Assembly: GCF_001194135.2 (NCBI RefSeq)
Contig: NC_068989.1
Coordinates: 70,447,888-70,505,789, forward strand
Source: Octopus bimaculoides
Taxonomy: Eukaryota
Direction of reading: 5' to 3'
Length of the DNA stretch: 57,902 bases
Each line of letters starts with the position of its first letter. Position 1 is the stretch's first letter. The position numbers and the translations under genes were made by a program. The notes below the pieces were generated by a model that was given only the letters and a program-made list of their open reading frames with translations, was not told where the DNA came from and did no database searches. Shown piece by piece: positions 13,291-26,000 of the stretch.

Positions 13291-15690
13291 TTAGGGCTTC
13301 TTTCAGTTTCCGTCTACCAAATCCACTCACAAGACTTTGGTCAGCCTGAGGCTATAGTAGAAGACACTTACCCAAGGTGCCATGCAGTGGGACTGAACCC
13401 GGAACCATATGGTCGGTAAACAAGCTACTTACGACACAGCCACTTCTGCACCTATAGCCATGTTTACAAATTTCTTCCTTTATGATATGTCTTACATGCA
13501 ATTACAGATTTCTTTGGTTATTCAGTTACTTAAACCCAGTGGGAGTAAGAGGTAGCTCATAATTACATTTTTGCTTTGATAGACACTTTACTGTGAGATT
13601 ACATTAACACTTAACCCAACCTATTTATCAATTGTGATACGCAAGGACATATTTCCCAGTTGTCCATGTATCATATATGATATACATTCCCAATTTTTTT
13701 CAACCGCAAAAGTAACTTGGGACTTATGAGAGGAAAGCTTTATATTGCTCAGAATGTATGAAACAAGGACAAACTAAATCTGAAAGCAAGCATTGATGTT
13801 TAGGGCAGACTTATGAAAATGCTTTGGACAGGCAAAAGGGTTAATGAACTTGAATAAGGCCCTGTTTTCAGAAAAACAAAACCAATCTAATTGGTGGTAA
13901 TAATTTTCTGTAATGAATGACGTAACAAATATATTTGGGTTATTGAATTACGAATTTTTGTTCTGTATTAGTGTAGAAGTTATTATAAGTGGGTGGAATC
14001 TTAGGTGAGTGTCTTCTACTATAGCCTTGTGCTGCCTTGTGAGTGGATTTGGTTAAGGGAAACTGAAAGAAACCTGTCATATATATGTAAAAAAAAAAAA
14101 AAAGACCCCCCCCCCTTTCGTCATGAATGATAATGGGATTGCACCTAGAAAGATCCCCGCCAAGGCACAAGTCCAGCCAAGGTTGTTTATGGAAGACCAG
14201 CAGTCACCCATGCATACCAGCCTCCCTTCTCCACACCACTGATGTTATCCAAGGAAAAGGCAAAGGCCGAGACAGCTTGGAAGCAGTGATAGTGCAACTC
14301 ATTTCTATAGCTGAGTGAACTGGAGCAACATGAAATATAGTGTTTTGTTCAAAGGACACAACACAGCCCAGTCCAGCAATCAAACTCACTACCTCATGAT
14401 TGTGAGCCCAACCACTGAGCCATGTGCCTTCATATATGTGTGTGTTGTTATCTAGATATCACATGATGGTTGTAAACGAGCATCACTGTCATTCAAGCAA
14501 GGTTGTTCAATTCCAGTCCTCTGTCAAAAACATGGACCATAGGGAAATATTACCATACTCAGATACAGGTGAGGATTGGCAACAAGAAGAGTATCTGGCC
14601 ATAGAAAATCTTCAACAAATTCTGTCTGACCCATACATGCATGGAAAAAGTTTACATCTGTTTATCATCAACATCATTAATGATGATGAATAGATGTAAA
14701 ACTAAACCCACCATATTAATAATGTAGATTTTGACCTTCTGACTTGTTATTATCCTCTTTGTCATGATTTTTTTTTACTGTACTCAATGTCTTTTATTGT
14801 ATAGCAGAGCAGAGCCACTTAATGTGGATTGTCTATGAGTTATAGAAGATATAAATATTTATCTGTCTTAACCATAACCATCACTCAAACTGACAGTAGT
14901 AATATGATTGACAGCTGCATGCTAAGCATATTGTTGTTAATAATGACCATTCATAAACATTTACAAAAAAAAAAAAAAGCTGAAACAGGTGTATGTGTGT
15001 GTGTATGGGCAAATCGAAAATAAAAATAAAAGCAAAAGTCAAAAGGATGTACACAGTGAATGTATAAGGTTGACACTCAGTTTAAGATGGCGAAAAGACG
15101 GGGTGTGTAACTTTCTGAGCATGGCTTTTTGTCAATAGGAGGAGAAAGAAAAACTCTGGAGAGATGGAAAAAAAGTTCAAGAAAAGCACGTTACATGGCT
15201 CAAGTGACTGGAAGCGGAGACAGAAAAAGTGGGGTTTTTTTAAAGGCAAGAAGTGCGAAAATGATGTGTGTAGTATCTGTGTGCATGTGTGTTTGTGTTT
15301 GTGTGGTACTGCAGACAGGTTAGCAGCATTAGTTATGTAGTTGTGATTTTGTTATATGAGTTCATGAGGATCAAGGCACATTAACTTGTAGGATGCCAGA
15401 AATGGCTACGTACGATAACATAGAGCTCATATTGAAATAAACAACTTGGAATACATCAAATGTTGGTAGGATACCATAGACATGCGAAGTGATGTTAACA
15501 CTTTGGGTATACATTATCACTCCGAGTGAAATGATGAGAGGTTCTAATGAAGGATTTATTTAAACAATTACCTGAGGAGGCACATTTTATATTTTGGATG
15601 TATGGTAATGATTACACATCACCTTACCAATCTACTAAATGTGTAAAAATGTGTTGAAACAATTGTAGAGATTTTAAGTAAAGAATGTCG

Positions 15691-15753
<63 letters not shown>

Positions 15754-16108
15754 TTATTCTTTTACTTGTTTCAGTCATTTGACTGCAGTCATGTTGGAGC
15801 ACCACCTTGAGTGGTTTTAGTTGATCAAATCAACCCCAGGACTTATTTTTTAAGCCAACACACCAACATTGGTTGTCAAGCAGTGACTGGTGGGATAAAC
15901 ACAGACACAAAAGACACACACACATAGATATATACATATATATATATATATGATGGGTGTTTTTCAGTTTCCATCTACCAAATCCACTCATGGGGCTTTG
16001 GTCAGCCTGAAGCTACAGTAGAAGACACTTACCCAAGGTGCCACTCAGTAGGACTGAACCCAAAACCATGTGGTTGGAAAGCAAGCTTCTTACCTCTCAG
16101 CCACACCT

Positions 16109-16164
<56 letters not shown>

Positions 16165-17041
16165 ATTTCATAATTGGTAGAAGTTACAAAGTAACTTAAA
16201 GGCTGAGAGCTTCATGCATGATATTTTGTGATAGTTAATGAGTGTCACCATTAAAACAAATATTGTCATTCATTTCCAATCTTCCATGCAAACATCTCTA
16301 GTCTTGAGGAAATATTACTTTGCTTGAAAACAAATGAAGGTAAAAGTAATCATGTGAGGGAGGGGTATCTGGCTGCACAAAAATCAGTTTCAGTCTTATT
16401 CTATCAGATACAAGCATGCATGTAAGAGAGGACATTAAAATGTTGATGATGGTGATATACATGACAAGCTTCCACACAGTTTCCACCTCTCTTCCAAATT
16501 TCATTCACAAGGCAATTCGAAACCGATGAAGACACTTGCCCAAGCTACTGTTAAATGGGCTTGAAACCAGAACCTTGTGGTAGTGAAGTAGACCTTTAAA
16601 CCACACAGCTTATAGCTTCATCTATATTAGTAACTTTTGTGCATGTATCACTTACTGAAGAATCTCAGAAGTATTATGGTTTCTTGACATATTTTTAACA
16701 ATCTAGTTATTTTCTTCATAATTTCTCTTTATTTATAGGCCAGTTATTATAACAGCACAGCTTGTCAGTCCCTGGGCAACATGTGTGTTCTGCTTTATGC
16801 CACCCACTTGGTGCGTAAATTAAGCCCACAAATCCAGGCGTGCACTCTGTTTCGAAACTTGTCAAAGCTGGCAAAACCACCTGTTAATGAAGAATATGAG
16901 GTCAGTGATTGGTAAGTATTTTTAATTTTGGAAGTCATTACCAGAATGCTCAGCATTTGGCAGCATGAAAAGATTAGTTTGATTGAGGTAAGAGACAATT
17001 AGTTAAGGAGGTGAAAGTTCATGTTCTGTAACTGAGTCTAC

Positions 17042-17075
<34 letters not shown>

Positions 17076-20000
17076 GAACTTGTGGAAGAGGGAGACCCAG
17101 GAAGACATGGGACAAAGTACTAAAGGCTGATCTCAAGATACCAAGTTTTACAAAGAAGATGACTAGGGGCCAAGATATCTAGTGCCTTGCTGTATTTGAG
17201 AAGCCCTGTTCACCTCAGCAGAATTGGTACCAGTGCTGGTGCCACATAAACAGCATCCAACATGCTCTGTAAAACGGTTTGTGTTAGGAAGGGCAGCCAG
17301 CCATAGAAACCCTGCCAAAACAGACAATGGAGCCTGGTGCTGCACCCAACTTTACTAGCTATCCAACCCACCATGCAAGCATAGAAAACAGATTCTAAAT
17401 GATGCTGATGATATATATATATATATATAAATACAGTATATGTACAGGTACAGGCATGGCTGTGTGGTTAAGATGTGTGTTTCCTAAACAAATAGTTTTG
17501 AGTTCAATACCTCTACATGGCACTTTGAGTAAATGTCTTCTGTTATAGCCCTGATAGACAGAAACTGAAAGATCCCTAGTGTGTGTGTGTATCTATATGT
17601 ACACACACACATAGACCTTTGTGTGTGTTTGTCCTTGACATTATGTCATAGTTGTAAACAAGTGTCACCATCATTTGAGTGGTGCCCTTTGTTTCCAATA
17701 TGTGTAATCATGCCCAGGCATAGGAAAATATAACCTTGCTTAGTGACGTTTGATAAACTTAGAGAGCTAAAAGAAAAATCTCTAAGAGGGGAAAAAGAAA
17801 ATCTAAGAGATAAAAAAAAAAAAATCAAAGATAAAAACAAATCAGTCCTGGTAGGATTTGAGCTCAGAACATGAAACACAATTTGGAATTTTTTTTGTTT
17901 CTTAATCTATACTATAAACTCTTAATACATTGACTTTCTTTGATTAAACTCTTTAGTATTCAGATTACTCTGTCAAATGTAGTACTTATTTATTCACATC
18001 GTTTTTAATTAATTATGTATTATCTTGTAGCTTTGAGATTTGAGTAATATGATTGCATATTTTTAGGATAATATTGTATGGTAGGTGTGAGAGGCCAGAT
18101 CTGGCTGGTTTGAACATAAAACAAGTAGAATATTTTGGCCTGATATGGCTGGTTTAAATGCCGAAGGGCTAAGATCTCACCCTAAGTAACTGAATTTTAA
18201 CTTCTGTTATTACAGGCCATATAACATGCCTTGGCTGTATTATACCTCATTGACGGTGAATGTACTGAACAGTCCTAGTTTACCAGTTGAGTTTACTGTG
18301 AAGCCACCTATGCAGCTCAAGTTCATTGTTGTAATGTATTCATTTGAGGGTCAATATCTGGGGATGAAGAGTGTCAACGGTGGTGTTTTGCAGCTATGTA
18401 AAATGAATGACGTGAGGATGGATGCAATTTGGACTTTTGGAACAACATATTCAAGCAAGGTAGGAAAAAATGTTTTGGTATTCAGCAATGAATACTAGCA
18501 ATGAAAATAAAACCTAACAAAGTTCATCGATGTTTTCACCTTCCTAATATAAACTAAAAATTGAGTATTGAGGGTTGTAAAGCAAAGCTAAGCTGCTACA
18601 CTTTTCATTTAAGACAATTATTCATTTTAGCTAATTATGTTGCAAATACTCTTTAAAAGAATGTATGTGAACATCACACAGTTTTATTTAGTATTTTCGT
18701 TGGATCTGAAATCCCTTATGTATCAAATCAATATGTTCATTTTTATATGAAGAATTTTGGCATTTGATAAGTGGCTGTGATAATTTTGTACTTGGTCAGC
18801 CTTTTCTTATAAAGCTGAGCATTTTAATCTTTTTATTTCAGTGTTACTTGAAGATAAGGGATCTCTTTGACAACCAGACTTATCCCTTGATTTTCTATGA
18901 TCTTTGTATCCTTTGCTGAATTCTGAAAATCTTTCAGTAGTTTCTCAATGTTTTAAAATTCTTGCATTTAAATGGATTTGTGGAGGAGCTTCTACATAGC
19001 TACCGAGCCTATTCAATATAGCAAATGTAACGCTAACTTTTTTGATACCAAACTGCCAGATACTGCTCTTGGGTCTACAATGCAAACTTCCTGTTTTAAA
19101 GTGAACTAAATTAAAGCTTTTCATTGAAATTTCAAGTTAATTTATGTTAAGAAAATTGCCCCCAAAGCTAATTTAATCATGACAAAAATTACTAAATTTT
19201 TTATTATTTTCAAAACTGATTGAAACAAAGGCAGTATATTTCAACAAAAATATGGTTACAAAAGGGTTAATATTGCATTAAATCTTGGGTTAAATCTAGA
19301 TATAATTGTTACTTTGAATATCATCATCGTCATCATCATTATTATATTTCTTTTTCACAAGGATAATCCACATTGATAATTTTAGTAAACAGCTACAAAT
19401 TTTAACATCTGATATTTGCTTTATTGGTTAATATTAGAACTAACAAAATATCTTTGACTGGAATATTTCTCTTTTGCAATGATAGCCATAGTGAAATATA
19501 GTAGATACACTGAGAAGGCCTTTAATTTAGTAGCTTGGTATATTGAGGTATATCATTTAAAGTGTTATTGATTCAATTGTTTTATTGTTAGCATATATCA
19601 GCTGAACCTAAATTGTTAGTGCCACTGCTTCCTCTAATCCTTTTAAAAATAAGCTCTGACACAAAATTATGAAAGATAATCTACAATAATAAAAATGAAA
19701 TTCTGTCAGTCCGTCTGAGACCTCTGTATTCAATCTACGTTTGCTCTACGTAGACATATTATACCTTTTTGGAATTGGGATGATCCTTTGATTGAAAATC
19801 AGCTCATCATTTAGTTCTTGAACATCCAGCGTTGGAATCTGATTTAAAAGCATTTAGGTTGATATTTCTAGCAGGTAAAACTTGGCTGATTCACACCATC
19901 TTGGTTGGTGTTTGTCAGATGACGTCAGAGATTAAGTGGGAGATAAATGACATTCACTTCGTTAATTTTACATTGAGATAAGAACTTTGGGACAAATTGA

Positions 20001-23000
20001 TCAAAAGCTGGAATTCAACTTGGGATTGGAACAATAGAGTGATTGCATTACAGAATTAATTCTCACCCATCCTTAACCTCTGATCAGACACCACTTATAG
20101 ATGTATTATAGCCATGCTATGTAGCCCTCCTTAGTTTTGGGCCACAGGCCTGATTAGTCCTCCGCAGGAGCTAGCTTAAAAGTTTGCATGGAGTGCGGCT
20201 TATAAGCTAGTATTGGTATAAGATTGAAAACAGAATTCAACATTTCTTACAAAGTTTAGTTAGTTATAATGTGGAAGACATATATTAGTCATTTAGAAAC
20301 ATGCAAAAACTGTTAACTTCACTTAAACATTAATAAATGGTGTCAAATTTTTCATGCAGTGGAACCATGTGAGTGATCAGGTTACAGTTGGTGTGATGAA
20401 AATTTTGACACCAAATAATGAAATTTTATGTGAAGTTAAGTTTTTGTGTGTCTTCCATGCTGTAATTGTTTTAGTTCAACATATGGTATCAGGTCAAATC
20501 ACTTGCCAGACAAGTAAAGACCCCTTTCGTTCATAAATGACCATGGGATTGCATCTAGAAAGTTCCCCTCTGAGGTTCAAGTTTGAACAAGGCTGTTTAT
20601 GGAAGACCAGCAGTTGTCCATGCATACTGGCCTCCCCTCTCCATGTCACTGATGTTATCCAAGGGAAAGGCAAAGGCTGTTGCAGCTTGGTACCAGTGAC
20701 ATCGCAACTCATTTCTACAGCTCAGTGAACTGGAGCAATGTGGAATAAAGTATCTTGCTCAAGGACGTAACACACAGTTCGGTCTGGGAATTGAGCTCAC
20801 TATCTCATGATTGTGAGCCCAACAGTGTAACCAATGAGTTATGTGCCTTTACAGACAAGTACATCTCTGAAATGTAGTCATAAATTTGTAGTTTAATGAC
20901 TTTAAAAAATAAGTGGATGGAGTTGATCTTGGACTGTCTTTTTTGCAAATTGTAATAGTTAAGTCTTGGCAGCAGTGGTAGTTGAGACTGCAGTCAATCT
21001 TCTGATCAAACCAAAGAAACTATGTTTATGTAGGGTTTTTGTTTTTCTCCCATTGTTGATAGTCTGTTGGTTACAATTCCTGACAGAAATGTCATTGCTG
21101 TGTTGGTGATAGGGCAAGATTTGAAAACAGTATGCATAGATCCAGAACAGATACTACAAAAGTTTGATGCTCTACCAATCTTCCCTGGACTAGTACTTCT
21201 TTTTACCGATCACCCCAAAAGAATTAAAGGCAACACTGACCTTGGTGGCATTTGAACTCAGTGCACAGAGAGCTGGAACATAGGTTGCTTGGCATTCTAT
21301 CCAGCATTTTAACAACGTTACTAATTCTTTGTCCTAATTAGACATTACATTTAGTTTAGTAACTACTTATTGTTCAGCTGAAAGAATTTCTTATCACCTT
21401 CTTACTTCTCAGCACACCGGCAATGTAATTTCTCAAGGTGACACATTGGCAGAATTGGTTGAATATCGGACAAAATGCCTTGCTGTATTGATTCCACCTC
21501 CTTGGAAATCCATGATGAACTAGTTGAGTGGTAGACTTAATCCATTGCCTAGTTTAACACCATTACCTTGCACCTTGTGTACCTTTACTAAAAGTCCAGT
21601 CTGTTGCAAGCATTCTGGCCAGGCACCCGTTTTGAGGATACTGTCCTTTCTTCCTTCCTCCCTCCTATCAGTCTCAGAGGCCCTGTAATAAGTCATGGAT
21701 ACTGGGTTCCCTTTTCACTGAAAATTTTCTTTTTTAAAATTGAAAGACACAGCATTTTGGAACTACTGGTATATTTTAACCTTGTGACTGTCACAACAAG
21801 AAAATTTCAAATGAAAAGAAATTGTGTTAATATATTTATTGCCTTGTTCACTGATCATTATAGCTAACAACATATTGCCATCTCCTGAAGTCATAAATAT
21901 TTGTAAGCCTCATAGTGACATTGTCAGTCTTTATTTTAATGTTCTTCTTTATGCATTAGTTATTGGTAATAGCTGTCATATATATAGTGATTTACTGTTT
22001 GTATCCTAGTTTTAAATAGGTACGCCATGTTCTTGCAGATAATAAAAATTAGGTTCTGGTGGCAAGAAGTGCTTCCAGTTGTAAAACACTGCTTCAAAAA
22101 TGCAACTTCAGTTAGTGTCATTATAGGGATGGGGTGGGGGGAATGGAAAAGACTGTCATGGTGCCTACAAGACTAATCTGGGCTTGAGCAGGAGAAATGG
22201 TCTTGTCCTTTTGATACTAATCCACCTTAGACTGCTCCTGGTTCTATGATGCAACCTTCATGTTTAAAATAATCTTAAATCAGACCTTCCATCAAAGTTT
22301 TATGTTAATTCATGCCTCAAACACCAGTTTAATAACACTGAAGTTATTTTATTAAATTCTTCAGGCATGGCTGATGAAGCTTGCTTCCCAACCACGTGGT
22401 TCTGGGCTCAGTCCCACTGCATGGTACCTTGGGCAAATGTCTTCTACTATAGCCTTGTGACCAAAGCCTTGTGAGTGGATTTGGTAGACGGAAACTGAAA
22501 GAAGCTCATTGTATATATATATATATATATATATAATAGAAATATGTTTCAAAAAGAAAATAGAAACTACATGTGGAAAAGATACGGGGGAAAGTAAGAA
22601 GAAGAAAGTGAAAATGCACGTTGGATATCAAAAAAAATAAAGGCTTTTTTATGAAAAGTAGCGATAAATATATACAATTAAATGAACTGAGGTAGAATTA
22701 AGACGAATAAAAGTCATTATTTTGAATTGTTACTACTTACCTCCCTTACACATAATCTTTTTACCCAGGGACTAGTAGACCCGACACCGTTTAGAAATCG
22801 GTGCTCATTCAAAGCCAGTGAACAGCATTTGACGATACTAGTATGACTATGAATCTCATTAACAATTCAAAATAATGACTTTTATTCCTCTTAATTCCAT
22901 CTCAGTTCATCTAATTGTATATATTTATTGTTACTTTTCTTAAAGAAGCCTTTATTTTTTTGATATCCAATGTGCATTTTTGCTTTTATTCTTCTTACTT

Positions 23001-23003
23001 TCC

Positions 23004-23045
<42 letters not shown>

Positions 23046-26000
23046 GTGTGTCTTTGTGTCTGTATTTGTCCTTCTATCACTGCTTGACAATTGGTGCTGG
23101 TGTGCTTACATCTCCATAACTTAGCAGTTTGGAAAAGACACCGATAGAATAAGTACTAGGATTTAAAAATAAGTCTTGGGGTTGATTTGTTCAACTAAAA
23201 CCCTTCAAGGCGGTGCTCCACCATGGACACAGTCAAATGACTGAAACAAGTAAAAGATAAAAGGTTTTTTTCAAAATTAATTGAAGTAAAGGCAGTGTAT
23301 TTCAACAGAAATATGTTAATGGTTTAAAGTGTTTATTTTATGTTAGTGTTATGAAAGCAATCTACTTTCTGTTGGACAAGTGGAGCCAGAGTTCACATCT
23401 TCTCATCTTCTTTGCCCGCTTATTCCTGGGAAAGTCGTGGACGCAGAGTCCTCAAGTACACTTTCCATTGGGTCCTCTCAGAAGCAACCATTTCCAATTA
23501 ATCTACCAGATCACCAAGCGAGACCAACCAAGCCCATGGATGTTATCCAACTATTTCACATTGCTCCAGTCTACTCTGCTGTAGAAATGAGTTTAGCCTG
23601 GAGAGGGACGGGCTCTGCCAGGCTTTCTTGCCCTAGATACGCTGCATGGCTGCAATGCCCCAATGATCCCCAAGGGCTTAAGAGACTTGTCAATTGTCAA
23701 GTAACCTTGGAGAAGTTTTGCAGTTCATTTGTTGGTCAGAGAATTATTGCTGTACTCGAAATATAGGTTACTTGTTGTCTGTGTGTACATCCGAACTACA
23801 AGGCTAAATGTTAAAATATTTGTCTTAAGTTTAAAACTATCCAATAAATTTTCTTCTAACCAAATTGCCATTAATTACCTGTCAGTCTACCTTTTAAACC
23901 AGTGTCAATGACCAAAATGACCTTGCTTTTCTTTTATACTACTAATTCCTAACACCTGTGAAAATTCTATTTTTCCCCCAATCTTCATAATCCTGTCTCT
24001 ATGTCTTATTGGATTCTTTTGTAAATGTTTGTGTATATTTAAATATTTCTAATATAAACTCAATTGAATATTAAGTGCTATACAGCAAAGCTAAGTTGCT
24101 GACAACTCTTCCATTTTAGCCACTATTTATTTCCTAATACTGTTTAAAAAAAAAATGTACGAACAGGTGCAGGCATGGCTGTGTGATAAGAAGCTTTTTT
24201 CCCAACCATATGGTTCTGGGTTCAGTCTCACTGTATGATATCTTGGGCAAGTGTCTTCTGTGATAGCCTCAGGCCAACCAAAGCCTTATGAGTGGATTTG
24301 GTAGACAGAAACTGAAAGAAGTCCATCGTATAAATACAGTTGTGGCCAAAAGTTTGGAACATTGTTTAAAAAATTAAATTTGTTAAACCCCAAGTACAAT
24401 TCGATTCAAATATATACAGTGTAGAGATATACTCACCTAATAACTAATCCAGTGGTTCAATTATAGGATATTGAACCACTAGATCAGTTATTAGGTAAGT
24501 ATATCTCTCATCATCATCATCATCATTTAATGTCGATTTTCCATACTGGCATGGGTTGGATGGTTTGACTGAGGTCTGGAAAGTCAGCAACTGCACCAGG
24601 CTCCGATCTGATCTGGCAATGTTTCTACAGCCGGATGCCCTTCCTAATGCCAACCAATCCGAGAGTGTAATAGGTACTTTTTTTACATGCTGCTGGCACA
24701 GGAGCCAGTCAGGTGGCTCTGGCATCGATCACGTTCGGATAGTACTTTTTATGTGCCACCAGCACGGGAGCCAGTCAGGTGACCCTGGCATCAATCACTC
24801 ACACACACACACACACACTATTCTCACAAGGAAAAATTTGACAATGACTAGCATTTCAGCTCTGTTGCCTTCATTGAACTCTAGTCGTAGCTGTCAACCT
24901 TTCCCTTGTAAAAATAAATGTTACTCTGAAGAGGAGGCATTTGGATTGAATTGTACTTAGGCATAGCAATTTTAATTTTTGGAAAAATGTTCCAGACTTT
25001 TGACCACGACTAATATATCTGTGTGTGTGTGTGTGTGTGCGTGTTTGCCCCCCCCCCCCANNNNNNNNNNNNNNNNNNNNNNNNNNNNNNNNNNNNNNNN
25101 NNNNAACTGGTTGACAAGTGGTGTTGGTGTGTTTATGTCCCTGTAGTTTAGTGGTTTGGCAAAAGAGGCTGATAGATTAACTACCAGGCTTCAAAAAAAA
25201 ATACCGGAATTGATTCATTTAATTAAAAATTCTTAAAGGTGGTGCCCCAGCATGGCCGTAGTCTAATGACTGAAACAAGTAAAAGATAAAAGATTGTATA
25301 ATCTCATTCCCTATCTTCCATGAATCTGAAGTCTTAGTGTATGGAGGCCTTAATATGAATTCGATATGTTTTATGTTTATTTTTTTTTTACTTGTTTCAG
25401 TCATTGAACTGTGGCCATGCTAGGGCACAGTCTTGAAAGGTACTTATTTGACCCCAGCTCTCTCTTTTTTTTTAAAGTTTGGTAGTTATTCTGTTATTTT
25501 ATTTTGCCAAACTGCTAAGTTATTGGGATATAAACAATCCAACACCAGGTTGTCAAACAGTGGTGGGGAACAAACACAACACAGAAAGGGGTCATGTTTT
25601 CATCCTTTTATTTTTTGTCTCTAAGTCATAACAAAAATCAGTTTGGTGGGTTGGGTGGGGGTGATGGAATTAATCGTCACTCAAGAGTATAAGGGAGCTT
25701 AGAGAAAGATTGACCTGGGGAGAAGAAATATTGGACATTTTTCCTGCTCATGAATCTTTCCAACTTGTAATTGATAGAAAGCCATTATTCTTGTATGTTA
25801 ATACTGTATTTGTTTGTCTGTTTTTTTTTTTTTAATTTGGATATTTCCTTAATTATTTGATGAGATTTGCGGTACACTCACAATAGTGAGGACCGGCTGT
25901 ATGCCGTTCCCATTGTTATTGAAAACCATGTTGGAGAAAATAACGTCAGAGTCAACAAAGGTCTGTTTTGATAGATGCTTCATCATCACCATCATCATTT

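Larger units (their letters stand above)
18906..25864 (+). other. U12-type (minor spliceosome) GT-AG intron 10 of TMEM67, 6959 nt
   Basis: 5' site GTATCCTTT at 18906. Branch site TTTCCTTAAT at 25844-25853, with the As 12-13 nt before the terminal AG (25863-64). No pyrimidine tract between branch site and AG. Joining gives in-frame FYDL-Y-LRYT. Confidence 0.92.

Noticed and set aside
23351-23766. 128-aa and 77-aa ORFs as a nested gene or the missing TMEM67 exon
   Set aside because: No recognisable motif. The missing exon was found at 25865-25960.
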